Shown here piece after piece: positions 25,551 to 38,225 of a stretch of 64,000 bases of DNA. A program made the translations under genes and the position numbers. Within the stretch, counting starts at the first letter, position 1. Every line of letters starts with the position of its first letter. Location of the stretch: contig CM059425.1 of the NCBI GenBank assembly GCA_030390025.1, positions 162,628,001 through 162,692,000 on the forward strand, read 5' to 3'. The DNA is from Squalus acanthias. Taxonomy: Eukaryota. Below the pieces are notes generated by a model. It was given only the letters and a program-made list of their open reading frames with translations, was not told where the DNA came from and made no database searches.

Positions 25551-26740
25551 GTTCATCCAGTCCCTCATGAAGGTTCGCACCCGATATGTTAACCTGTCTA
25601 TCCCCTTTGGATGTTGACTGATGTTCTGTGGATTTCTAGCTTTCTTTAAAGAAAATTGAATTGACTAATTTGAAGATGTGAAAAGACAATGCCGTTCAGA
25701 TATTTAAAGAATTGTTACAGTATAATCTGTATATGCTGACATAAAAGCTGCTGCTTCTTTACTGATATTTAGGGATCCCACAAATCTGTTTTTACTGATT
25801 TCCTCTGAAAAAATCCTGGATTTTGTTTGGATAGTGAACTGATAAATCTGATTTCCTCCTGAATTTGAGAACCCCCTGAAATTTCCTTTGTTTTTCAACC
25901 AAAAATCAATGCAGAGATGCGCTGCAGCACTTCCATGATTGCAACACATACAACGCGTGCCGAATGTGCCGTGCTAACATCACAAATGCAATGCAAGCAC
26001 ATCTCTGGACACGAGGCAATTTGGATTTTTATACTGCAACAAGCACTCACTCTTAGTTAGGTATAGAGTAAGGATAATAGCGCATTGGCACAGTCCTCTG
26101 AAGGTCATTAATCAAAGGCTGATTCAGGTCACACACTAAGGCATTGTTTACTAAAAGTAAGACATAAATCTCCAACAATTATTATTAACCCATCATCATA
26201 GCAGCAACAAGTGGCTCGAGCAACAACAATAAACACAGGGGTCCTGATATCCTATGGAGGCACTACCGGTCTCCTGGTGTAAACGGTTGAAAACAACGGC
26301 TTATGCCATTTCCTTCTGGGTTCTGCCAATCTCCCGCCAGGGTTATGGTGGAAAATGAATGGATTTTGTCCGCGGGTTCTTCAATTTTACACTTTATTTT
26401 AATAAAAAATCTATCTAGGGTTTAAATGAGAGTTTGATAAGTGTTGGAAAGCTGTGCAAATAATTGTGGGTTGTTATTTAGTTCAACTGTACATTTTCAA
26501 ATCCATTGCTTAGTTTTTATTTTGGAATTTTAGCAATATTAAAAATAAAAACAGATTTTTTACTGATTTACTCCACATTAACCTGTGTTTTTGAGGTCCA
26601 TTTCCGCTCCCGCCCCCTCCACCCCCCGATTTTCTCCTTTTTTTATATTAAAAATAAAACCTGGAAAAAAACAGGTTTTTAAATTGATAATAAAAATTGA
26701 CTTTAATGACTCTTACAAATATTAGACTGGTAATACGTAC

Positions 26741-26927
26741 ATATTTTGCCATTATTTTATGACGTTCTTCCTCGTTGTCCAATGCGCTGACAGAAAGATC
26801 AGAGATACTGACTGGAGCAGCTGCTGTCAGAGTGACCAGAAGCACTATGTGGCCTTTTCCTTCTGACAGAGCCATGTCCAGTTTGTGTGTATGCTCCTTA
26901 CTTAGGCCTGATAAGTCAATGTTACAC
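26741..26927 (-). CDS. MCTP1: MCTP1-like coding exon, end of C2B plus linker (R-CNIDLSGLSKEHTHKLDMALSEGKGHIVLLVTLTAAAPVSISDLSVSALDNEEERHKIMAKY)
   Basis: Acceptor is ttttttgttgcag|G and donor is TAT|gtacgt. Length is 187 nt, phase 2/0, which completes the AG|G Arg codon from the previous exon. It resembles MCTP1 CQVDLS...HKLEL.LEEG.GH.VLLVTLTA as recalled. Confidence 0.9.
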
Positions 26928-27832
26928 CTGCAACAAAAAAGGAAAGGAAAAGAATCAATTAATTATCTGTCTACAGTATTTGACTCATGGAAAATATAGA
27001 TATTTCAGTTAAATTGTTGTACTAAATATTTTTGCGCCCATTTTTCTCACCTGAAAAACGGGCAACTGGCAGTTAAAAATCTGATGAGGACCTTGTACAC
27101 CCATTTTCCCACCTGAATCAACTTGAAGGCAGTCCTTTAAGTGGGTACCCAGCATTCTGTCCAAAACAGGCAAGAGACTGTTTAGATATACAAATCAGGA
27201 GTCCTACTCCTGTTGTAGGACTTGGATTGCAATGTTCAAAGGAGAAATGGGTGAAGCATGTATGGTGCATGTCAGTCCCATTTCTCCAGGCGTAAAGAGG
27301 CCAAACCGACCACTGGAGGCCTTTCCCAAAAGGCAAGTTTTTAAAAGATTTTTCTGGGGTCAGCAGGAGCAGGCATGCTCCTTCAGGCTCCACTAAATCC
27401 TCTGGCCCACAGCTAGTCCTTTCTCACCCCATACACCCGACATCTGCTTCTGCCCCCAACAGGCCTTACCTGTCGGCCAGCTGCATGGAGTAGCGGCTAA
27501 TTTTCCGCTGCAGGAAATGGGTGAGTTGCAGCGGGGCACCTGTTTGATGCCTGTAGCTTGGTGACAAAAATGTTCATGGGGTCCGAACCTGAAAGTCTTT
27601 CGGCCCTCCCTATAATCACGTTGGGTGGGTGTCGCAGGCACATCGCCGATACCGCGCCCAATGGCATCAATCCAAAAGTCTGCCCCATATGTCCATTAAG
27701 AAATTATAGTTGGAATAGTTTAACATGTCTGCAATCAGTATGTCAGAACATCCAACAAAATACACAATATTAAGTTTGGTTCATTTCTAGTTATTAAGTG
27801 TAAAGCTAATTACACTAAAAAAGAAAGATCAA

Positions 27833-28677
27833 GGGCTGGAATTTGTGAATGGAGACGTGCTGGAGGCGGGACTGCTGCTTGTTGGGTCTCAGTCCCGCCT
27901 CCATCATGTTCTGGCCAACCAGCGGGATTTTCCCCTGATTGACCTTGTTAAGCCCGCGCTGCGAGCTCAGCAGGCCAATTAGGGGGAAGTCACTGACAGA
28001 GCACGTCAACGTCTGACGTGCCATCTGTCAAGACTTCTTGAAAGAATAAATCTCAGCGTTTGACAGCTCTGTGAAGCTGTCAAACACTGACAATCTGTAT
28101 ATTTTGATGAGTCCTTGTGTTCAGGACTCATCAAACCTTTCAACTTTGTAGACAGCAGATGACTGTTGGTTCAGAGGATCCAACAGCCAGTCTGTGAAAT
28201 CTACAAGGAAGATGTCGGGACTCCCGATCCAGAGCGGATGAAGGCTGTAGGAAGAAACAAAGGTAAGTGAACATTTTCTAACACTTTACACTCACCTTTC
28301 ATACTTACCACTCCACACTTGCACCCATCACTCACCTCTACATCTTACTTTCAGACCCCTCCGACCCCTGCAGACCTCCTACTCGACTCCTCCAACCCGT
28401 CCGGATTCTCCGAGGTCGGGAAACCTTCACCTGAAAAGGTAAAATGGGACTAATCCTTTTTTCTGCCTGTTAACTACCTGCTAACAGGCAGTTAAAAGGA
28501 ATTAATCCCTTTCCCGCCTCGAGGAGATGGGACCCGAAGCAGAACAACTTCCCGCCTCCTGGCAAAAGGGCACGGAGGCGGGATGGGGGCGGGTTTGCCA
28601 TCCGCCCCCACTTTCTGCAACTTTACCGGCAGTCCCGCCTCCATACCCGCCTCCTCAGGGCTGAGAAAATCCAGCCC
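27833..28677. mobile_element. Non-autonomous Harbinger MITE
   Basis: TIR GGGCTGGA(A/T)TTT and TSD CAA. The right end is homologous to the left end of 5226-9383. It has an internal hairpin GTTTGACAGC...GCTGTCAAAC. Confidence 0.88.
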
Positions 28678-29094
28678 CAAGTATATCCACCCCTCCCCCC
28701 TCAAAATAAATTTCAGGAATAGGGTGTTTGACAATTTCCACAATTATAATGCAGCATTTAGGTACAGTAATGTTACCTTCTTGCTCACTAGTATCTCCAA
28801 CTGCTATTAACTGGTGAGAAGGAGATTGAAGGTGGCAACATCAATATTTAGTGAAAAATATATCAAGCATACAAGACAACGTGCTAATATGCTGTACAGT
28901 GAAAACTATGGAGGCCGTCAGAAATTAACTGGTCAGTCAAATACACTGATTAAAATACTAGCAAATATCAGTGTTTTTCTGTAAACTGCTTATCGTAAGA
29001 GCAACAAAAGGAAAAAAGGCCTGATTAGTGGTTCTGCGCAAAAGGATTATAATAGCATTTTGTACTCATGCCATTTTTATAGAAAGATCGAACA

Positions 29095-29540
29095 AACAAA
29101 ATTGCATTTATATAGCGCTTTCATGACTTCAGGATGTCCCAAAGCAATTTACAGCCAATGAAGTACATTTGAAGTGTAGCACTATTGTAATGTAGGGAAA
29201 CTTGGCAGTCAATTTGTGCACAGCAGGGTTCCACAAACAGATGATGACCAGATAATCTGTTTTTGTGGTGTAGCTTCAGGGCTATTGTCCAGGACACTGG
29301 GGACAACTCCCCTGCTCATCTTCGAAGAGTTCCATGAGATTTTTATATCCACCCAAGAAGAAAGACGGGGCCGCGGTTTAACATCTCATCCAAAAGATGG
29401 CCCCTCTGACAATGCAGCATTGCTTCAGTACTGCACTGAAGTGTCAGCCTAGATTTTGTGCTCAAATCTTTGGCGTGGGACTTGAATCTAGAACCTACTA
29501 ACTCAGTGACAAGAGTGCTACCACTGAGCCAAGGCTGAAA
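29095..29540 (-). mobile_element. tRNA-head Deu-domain SINE (SacSINE1-like) with L2 tail; further copies at about 29773-29990, 48343-48800 and 60135-60653
   Basis: The minus strand has a tRNA-like head (TGGCTCAGTGG...TTCAAGTCC), a Deu-like core (gatgagatgttaaaccg.ggcccc) and an L2-like tail (gcgctatataaatgcaa). Confidence 0.8.
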
Positions 29541-30829
29541 TATAAACTTATGATGCTTCTCTTGGGGTACAGAAAATTCTTGGTTAATTGCCTAGTAACT
29601 GAATAAATGACTAAACCATTTATGGCTCATTCCACATTTAGACAAAAGTGATGAAACTCTAAGACTTCTTCATCCATGCACCAGTTTCCTTGTAGTTACA
29701 CCATAATATTATTGTAGCCCTGGAGGAACATGTCACCAAAATTGACATGGAAGAATTATTTCAGTTAAGAAAAGAAAGACTTGCATTCATATAGCACCTT
29801 TCACGACCACCGGATGTCTCAAAGCACTTTACAGCCAATAAAGTACTTTTGGAGTGTAGTCACTGTTGTAATATGGGAAACGTGGCAGCCAATTTGCGCA
29901 TAGCAAGCTCCCACAAAGAGCAATGTGATAATGACCAGATAAACTCTTTTTGTTACGTTGATTGAGGGATAAATATTGGCCAGGACAGTGACAATTCGTG
30001 GCCTACTTAGGGTGTATTTCAGAAGTGCTAAAGTTAAATCCTCTCACTGATTATTCGTTGTGATCTTCTGATAATACTGTAGGAAGTTGAGATGAGCATC
30101 TGGATCAATTTGAGCTCTGGATTCAGGCACTTGAACCGGAGATGACCTAAATCCAAGCAATGCTCCTCCTTCCCTGCCAGGGAAGTTGGATGCATACCAT
30201 CATTACACTGCTAGGGAATTAGCTGCATATTATCTCTAAATCACTGTGGTATTGGAGGCACAGATGGCAAGGAAATCAAAACCATACCTCCAGACAAATT
30301 CTCTCATGAGCCACCATGGTTTAATGTGGGGAAGATTTCAACTGTTCAGTATTTATAGTGAATTTGTAAATGCATTCTTTATACACACATTTACATTTTT
30401 GCTGTAGCGAATGGCAGAAATCTTTCCCCAAAGCCACCAGATCAAAGAAAAAGGAAGAAGCTAAATATCGACAGTGGTGTGACAAGGGTGTGACAAAAAT
30501 GTCTGATGTATCATGGTATTTGATTCTTTCTGTCATGGTATATATGGGGTTAAAAACCGTGTTCAATAGTCCAGCGTGTTTTGGTAACAAAAACACAGAA
30601 CATAGATGTTATCTGATCAGAGGTTCGATGGAGGAGCCAGGCCATTAAAATAAAATGCAAGCATCTTGTGGGTTTTATATTAGTATATGTGCTTGTTTGG
30701 CAGCTCTTTTGGAATTTAAGAGCCACATAATAAGATTTCCTTTGCCTCTGTCATTTTATTTTGTTAAAATTGAATTGTTTGTCTGAAGCTAGAAAGAGAC
30801 TCCATGGACAGTCGGCAGAAAACCACCAC

Positions 30830-31486
30830 AAGGGGTTGGGGGTAATATAGTAGCATGGATAGAGGATTGGTTAACGGACAGAAAACAGAGAGTAGGGATA
30901 AACGGATCTTTTTCGGGTTCGCAGGCTGTAACTAGTGGGGTACCACAAGGATCAGTGTTGGGGCCTCAGCTATTTACAATCTATATTACTGACCTAGATG
31001 AAGGGACCGAGTGTAATGTATCCAAGTTTGCTGATGATACAAAGCTAGGTGGGACAGTAAGCTGTGAGGAGAACACAAAGAGTCTGCAAATGGATATAGA
31101 TAGACTAAGTGAGTGGGCAGTACGGTGGCAGATGGGAGTATAATGTAGGGAAATGTGAGGTTATTCACTTTGGTAGGAAGAATAGAAAAACAGAATATTT
31201 TCTAAATGGTGAGAAACTTTCAAATCTTGGTGTTGAGAGAGATTTGGGTGTCCTCGTGCAAGAAACACAGAAAGTTAGCATGCAGGTACAGCAAGCAATA
31301 AAGAAGGCAAATGGCACATTGGCCTTTATTACAAGGGGGTTGGAGTATAAGAGTAAGGAAGTCTTGCTACAATTGTACAGGGCCTTGATGAGACCACACC
31401 CGGAGTACTGTGCACAGTTTTGGTCTCCTTATCTAAGGAAGGATGTACTTGCCTTGGAGGCGGTGCAGCGGAGGTTCACTAGACAT
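30830..31486 (+). mobile_element. CR1 RT internal fragment
   Basis: Motifs [22 protein letters not shown] and YC.QFWSP. Confidence 0.9.
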
Positions 31487-31489
31487 AAT

Positions 31490-32103
31490 GGCCCGTAATT
31501 TCCGATGCCTACGGGTGTGTACGAGCTGTGTACACACCCGTAGGGACCTCCGCCCGCTGAAATCCCTTAGAAATCTTACGCCTGGTAGCAGGCGTAAGGC
31601 CTGCTTTTACCAGCATAAGAGTTTAAAAAAGTAAAAAAATAATATTTTTTCCACTCATTTATAATTTAAAAATACTTTAAAAAAGGTAAGTTTATTTTTA
31701 GCCCCGTAAAAAACTTTAATTATTTTTTTCAAAAAATAAATTTTTTGTTTAAAATATTTAGTTTAATGTAATTTTAACTCATTTTAAAAATGTGATTTAA
31801 AAAAAAAAATGATTTAATGTTGTAGTGTCTTTTTTCAGTGATCCCCATTCATACTTTTGATAGGTCTATCTGTCAAAAGTATGAAGGGGGATTCCCTTCT
31901 CCATTGGCTTGCCTGGCCCACGTGATCCCAGGGTCGCTTGCGAACTGCCTGCGCCCCTGGGATACCTGGGCTTTTGCGCGCGCACCAGGAGAGGCCCAGG
32001 AGCAGAAGAGTCCGGACCTCGGGAGCCCTCAGGTAAGGGCATAGATTTTTTCCCAATAGGATGCCTCCACACGCAGGAAGCTTCCTATTGGAAATTACGG
32101 GCC
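31490..32103. mobile_element. Harbinger-type MITE
   Basis: Perfect 14-bp TIR GGCCCGTAATTTCC and TSD AAT. Confidence 0.9.
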
Positions 32104-33807
32104 AATATCCATCTCCTGCTATGATGGGTGCCTGAGATATGCTCATCGTGGCAGAGGTGCCCACCAGAAATATTTAAAACAGGGAACCTCCCTCAGCCTC
32201 ACTTACTCTGGTGTGGTCAGCGGCGAAGTTTCCCAGTAAGTGGATCCTAGGACTTATCCTGGGATCAAAGGCCCATAAAATATACTGGGTGAATAATAAC
32301 TAATTCAGGAAGAAAGGGGCCTGCACTGTATTAGTGCTTCAGTAGAAAACCCTGAGTGTATAACCTGAGAAATGTGTTTATTTTATAAAAATTACATCAA
32401 CTGATATAGAAGTGAAACTGATTACACTAAAGTCTCAATTTCATTTCATTAATGCTTCCAAACTGCAGAATGTTTCCTACATTAGACCCCCTGTGAATCA
32501 TGTGACAATACTATTCCGTAGTGGTGATGTTGAATTAGATTCTCTATCTTCAATCAATGTAATTTTTGCACCACTTCCAATTGTCAATACACTGCTTTTG
32601 TATTCCTGAGCTTGTAATATTATGCATTAAATAAAGAATAGATAGTAGAAAGCAACTAAAAAGTATAATTTAATCTCAGGGTTCAGATGAGAACCACTTG
32701 AGCTTTGCTCTTCTAGTTTGAATCGTCATTGGAACCTCTTGATTAAATTATAGTCTTATTACTCTAAATCAGTCATAATTCTACATACTAGCCTTTTTAG
32801 TATAAGCCAAAACTGAAGACTACATGGGATCAGCCTTTAAAAGCTTGCAGATGTGTTATCACCAGCAATGGTACAAGATTGACCACATGCATGCGGATAT
32901 CTAATTCTGAAAGATTATACAACTGATGTGGTGATCTGGAAACACATAACTTTACACAGTTACTGACCTCACTATTTCCAGATGATCAAAAGCCAATAAT
33001 ACATTTAGGATTAAATCCCATTCTTGAGCAATTTTGAATGGAATAAAATCCCAATGAAGATTTGATACAATCTGGTATGTATATAAAAAAAATTCAGTTG
33101 CAAAATAGTAAGTCTGAAATTGCTTGGAACATCTTTAATTTCTTGTCTGACCAGAATTTACAGATAACACAAGGGAAATTCAATTTAATCATCCCAAAAG
33201 ATATTCTAGGAAAAAGAACAGGGTGGATAACTGGAGTGGTACTTTTGAGATTTACAAGATGCAGCCTTTTTTATTATTTAATAAAATACTTTTCTCATAA
33301 CTGTATTACCATCAATAAATCATGACATTTTCCAATGGTTCACTGTCACACAGTATGCTATACCATCATGTGATAGCAAGTGAATGTGACACTAGATTTC
33401 CTACCTGTTGAGGTGCTGATCTTAGCAGGGTTGCTGGGGGATCACCAGATGAAGGATAGGTGCTTCCCCACAAGGAGAGAGGGAAAATAAATTAAAGAGG
33501 GCGATTCAACTTGTGTTGCTGTTATGCACATTGCAGCAGCCAATTACAGAGTGGCACTGGCAGAGGCCCGAGAGCAGATCAGCTCCCGGCTAGGGAATGG
33601 CTCATGGCGCTGAGGAATGTAAAAGAGAAAAAATTGACAGAAAGAGTAAGGCAAAGGCAAATTTAATATAGGGGTTTTCTAAGAGTTGGATTAAAATGCC
33701 AGGATAATCTTTGATGATACCATTGTTTCCTAATTTAGCTTTTCTATTGTACTTTTTGGTAATTGATGTAATTAATGCCAGGAGTTTACCTTCTGTAAGC
33801 TTGAGGT

Positions 33808-34448
33808 CATCCAAAACTCGGCTGCCCGTGTCCTAACTCGCACCAAGTCCTGTTCACCCATCACTACATAGGCTTCCGGTCCGTCAACGCTTCGATTTTA
33901 AAATTCTCATCTAGTCTTCAAATCCCTCCATGGCCTTGCCCCTCCCTATTTCTGTAACCTCCTCCAGCCCTGCAATCTTCCGAGATCTGTACGCTTCTCC
34001 AATTCTGGCCTTTTGCGCATCCCAGATTTTAATCGCTCCACCATTGGCAGTCGTGCCTTCAGCTGGCCCTAAGCTTTGGAATTCCCTCCCTAAATCTCTA
34101 CACCTGTCAATGTTCCCTCTAATTTTTATTTTAGGTGCACGGTCCCTTTAACTGGCAACACGGCCCATTCAAATTTTCGTGCATGCGCGGTTTCTTCTGT
34201 ATAAAAGCTGGTGAGCGGCCTGCGCGGGACCTTCAGACTGCTGCGCGGCCTTAGCGGGAATGTTGCTCTCTACCTCTCTATCTTCCTTTAAGATATTCCT
34301 TAAAACCTACCTCTTTGACCACGCTTTTGGTCACCTGTGCTAATATCTCCTTATGCGACTTGGTGTCAAAATTTACTGGATAACGCTCCTGTGAAGCACC
34401 TTGGGACATCTTACTACGTTAAAGGCGCTATATAAATACAAGTTGTTG
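33808..34448 (+). mobile_element. L2 LINE 3' end with a small hAT-like MITE inserted (about 34108-34265)
   Basis: L2 ORF2 end (QNSAARVLT, LWNSLP) and tail aaaggcgctatataaatacaagttgttg. The insert ends are CAATGTTCCCTCTAA and TTAGCGGGAATGTTG. Confidence 0.75.
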
Positions 34449-34693
34449 ATGTACATATGTAACAACTTACTAGGCAAGGTCTCAACTTCGTGGCACTGCT
34501 GTCCAAAAAGAGCAACATAATGAATTGGAGGGCATGCTAAATATAGATCACTGGGATCTGATGTCTTCCTGCAACCATTACTCTTATTAGAGTGAAAAGG
34601 CACTGAATACAGTGTTAATGACCTCCTTGCACGTTATCTCTATTCCTAGTAACTTCTGATTGGTTATTTTCTTGACATGCTGTAATTGAATGT

Positions 34694-35507
34694 TTGGCCG
34701 ATGTAGCAGAGCCTGGTCTCCAATCATCTTGGATCCCCTTGCCATTGGACCAAGACCTTGCTCTGTCAAGCCCGCATGGTAGCTGGTGTGCAACGGCCAC
34801 CCCACGTTAAAAGAATTCACGCACAGGCATCTTTCACCATTTAAAATGAAGTTCGGGACCTGGAATGTCAGGACGCTCATTGACAACCCCAACAGCGACA
34901 GACCGGAATGCCGTACTGCTATCGTTGACCGGGAGCTCAGACGTTTCGACATAGACATCGCCGCCCTAAGCGAGACATGGACCACGTACAGCAGGCACCT
35001 CAAAGCACTGGCGAGGTACCACCAACGTTGCCTCCGCAAGATCCTGCAAATCCATTGGCAGGATAGGCGCACCAACGTCAGTGTTCTCACTCAGGCCAAC
35101 ACCCCAGCATCGAAGCTTTGACCACTCGGAGCTCCGACACGGCAAGAGAGCCCCAGGTGGGCAGAGGAAACGCTTCAAGGACACTCTCAAAGCCTCCTTG
35201 AAAAAGTGCAACATCCCCACCGACACCTGGGAATCCCTGGCCCAAGACCTCACAAAGTGGAGGAGAAGCATCCGGGAAGGCACCGGACACCTAGAGTCTC
35301 TTCGCCGGGAGCAAGCGGAAGCCAAACACAAACAGCGGAAGGAACACACGTCAACCCAAGCACCCCACCCACCCGCCCCTTCAACCACCGTCTGCCCCAC
35401 CTGTGACAGAGACTGTAGGTCTCGCATTGGACTCATCAGTCACCTGAGAACTCATTTTTAGTGTGGAAGCAAGTCATTTCGGTTCCGAGGGACTGCCTAA
35501 GAAGAAG
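34694..35507 (+). mobile_element. Internally deleted (bipartite) RTE retroelement retaining both ends
   Basis: The 5' UTR and endonuclease start (MKFGTWNVRTL...DIAALSET) are fused to the post-RT 3' part. It has an (AAG)n tail and a 10-bp TSD, AATTGAATGT. Confidence 0.9.
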
Positions 35508-37308
35508 AATTGAATGTCACCATGGGAATTGTGGCTAGAAAATCAAAAACATACTGATAGAATACAATTAGCTGCCACCTTTATCTGTACGATCAGTCCA
35601 TGTCCCACTTGTTTTATGCATTAAGTCCTAATGGAAGCCAATAATTCAAATGTGAGGCGGTTAATTGACATATTTGTTGCTCATAAGTGTATCCAGTTAA
35701 ATTGGAAAGATAAGAGAACCAACCAACTCCTATCAGTGGCTGAAAACAAAGCTGAATTTGATCCCTCTGGAGCCTTTAGCACGTGGTCTCCAAGAGTCTA
35801 GACAGTTTTCACAGGGTTTGGTTGTCCTTTTTACAAAAATTATTTAAAAGACAGGCTTGATTTCTTGGATGAATGATTCGGTGACTTCCTGTAATTTTAT
35901 GCTAGAATCCATCTGTTCTGTTCTACTAGAACCAGATTGAGAAAGGAATGGGGTGGAACATTGTGATTTGAACATGTAGGTGTCTCCAACTAGAGTTAAC
36001 AGGAAGTTTAAAAAAAATGTTCTGTTGAATTAGCTTTGTAATTCTGCTGCAGGTTTGTGTGCACAGTTTAATGGTAAGTGTGACACAAGTCTAGTTGTAA
36101 AACAGATAGAGAATTTTATATTTGTGTGAATTTCTAAAGTCTGAGATAATTAACATACAAACAGGAAAAAATAGTTTTTGGCACATATTTAGTTTTAACA
36201 TGATTGTATTTTTAAACAAGGAAACTGCCACAGTACTGAGGCAATAACAAAATCTTGGAAAGCTTACTGAATGTGTGTTCAGGTTCTAGGAACATTATAA
36301 TTTGTACCACCAATCATTTACCATATCATTCCAATTCAAATCCATGTACTCTATGACACTATTCTAATACCTTCCAAGTCACCATGAAGATGTCAATTGA
36401 TTTTTAACAGACAGATAATCCTCAGATAGCTGGACCAGTGAACATAGATAAACGTGACAGCCTTAAATGAATAGATCTTTAGAGACAGGAAACAGTCAAT
36501 TACCAAAATAACTATGTCCTTTAAAATTGGCACACTACAGAGTGAATGTTTCACATTGATTTTCCCCTCTAATTACTCATTGTTTTATAATTAAATAAAG
36601 CATGTTAAAACTGAACCAAAAAATGTTTTTTGTTATCTCTACCATGTAGAGATATAACCTGAGGTTTTTCCACTTCCGCAGTCGCCAGCCCTTTAACGGG
36701 CAGAATATTGGGGGTTGGTGAGCACAGAAGTGGTAAACCTGGGACTAAAATTCTTAAATCTTTGTGGTCACAGTTTTGCTTTGCAATTAATGTCAAATCC
36801 ATCTATTAACATGTAAGAAGGGCTCTGTACTATAAAATACTGGTTAATAATTCCTATCTTCTTCCTCCCTCCAAAAAAAAGCATCACTGGGATGGTGTAG
36901 GCTGGGGTAGCGCAAGATAGGATGGGAAGGCAAGAAATCAGGCAGCTTTTGAAAATAGGAAGTCATGACTGAAATCATAGCAAATCTGTTAAGCCAGCAC
37001 ATTAACGCTACAGTAATAAACCTGCTTATGGAAATCAAAGGCTAAAGGATTGCATTAAATTATTTAAGCTCTGTACTACATGTATTATTGTTACATTGCT
37101 CCATCAGATACCACTGTAAGAGCAATTATCTATAGGAATTTCAATTTTTCTTATTTGAATCTAGAAGGATTTGTTAATAACTGGATGAATTTCAGAATAA
37201 GTCCACACTGTGCCTCTACAATATTGATTTTATAGGCACATCAAAGAACTGACTATATAAACACTACACAGAGTCAGCACTTTTGGTGAAGAGCCTTGCT
37301 TGATGGAA

Positions 37309-37448
37309 GGGCAGATCAGACAATCTGGCATGGAGGTCAGCAATTTGCAGTCCTCCCAATTTTATGGTTATTAACATAAGTAACTAGAAAATTGGGAGGG
37401 CTGTGAGTTGGGCACTGTAAATACCGTACCCAATTGTCTGATCTGCCC
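37309..37448. repeat. Short inverted repeat or MITE remnant; related hairpin at about 50990-51110
   Basis: Perfect 16-bp arms GGGCAGATCAGACAAT and ATTGTCTGATCTGCCC. Confidence 0.6.
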
Positions 37449-37993
37449 TCCCATAGAGTGATGCTCCGTACTGGGATTGCTAATACGTAAAATGTAACCC
37501 TACATGCCCTATTCTGCAGGGGTTCTCCCAATCTCCCACTGTAACTTCACTGGAAAAATTGGTAGAATCCACAGAAAAATGGCTCAAAACGTTCTCTGGG
37601 GATTGTGCTAATCTCCTACGGAAGTTATGGTGCTGCTTAAGAACTAATTTAAAAGATCAGTTATTTTTTTTTCTCAAATGCTACATCTCTTCGTACATGT
37701 TAATGCTGAAGATGTTGAAAAGAAACAATTTTGTGTTTTAGACATATGTCCAAAAGAGAACAGACAGGAACTCCATGATTTCAGTTCATATTTTACTCCA
37801 CAACTTTATTTTTAGTTTACCATCTCCGGGCTTGATTAGAATTTAAATCTTAAGATGACCAATTCTCATGATGGTTGAATGCTATTTATTTTCTTTTTTT
37901 TAGATTAACAGTATGCATACAAAAGTAGAACTGTATATAATCAGAACAATTAGACCTAGACAAAATCAGGTAACACAGAAGTACTGCTAGTCT

Positions 37994-38225
37994 AAAAAGA
38001 AAATACTGCAGATGCTGGAAATCTGAAATAAAAACAGAAAATGCTGGAGACACTCAGCAGGTCAGGCAGCATCTGTGAAGAGAGAAACAGAGTTAACGTT
38101 TCAGGTCGATGACCTTTCGTCGATGAGTTCTGACGAAAGGTCATTGACCTGAAACGTTAACTCTGTTTCTCTCTTCACAGATGCTGCCTGACCTGTTGAG
38201 TATCTCCAGCATTTTCTGGTTTTAT
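37994..38225. mobile_element. Foldback Penelope-pLTR-like element (family A)
   Basis: Inverted arms of about 95 bp, an unpaired tail of about 30 bp on the left, and a 12-bp TSD TACTGCTAGTCT (37982-93 and 38226-37). Confidence 0.8.
38125..38163 (+). ncRNA. Minimal type-I hammerhead ribozyme motif
   Basis: Stem I GAGUU/AACUC, core CUGACGA, stem II AGGUC/GACCU, GAAA, palindromic ACGU helix III, and predicted cleavage after GUU (38158). Confidence 0.72.

Noticed and set aside
1..26740. Next MCTP exon (expected DVGFLQVKV-like C2C start)
   Set aside because: Not found by eye on the minus strand. It probably lies beyond the window, though I may have missed a divergent exon.
34694..34830. HDV-like ribozyme in the RTE 5' UTR
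   Set aside because: Partial P1/P3-like pairings exist, but I could not assign P1.1, J4/2 or P2 by eye. A structure-descriptor search would be needed.
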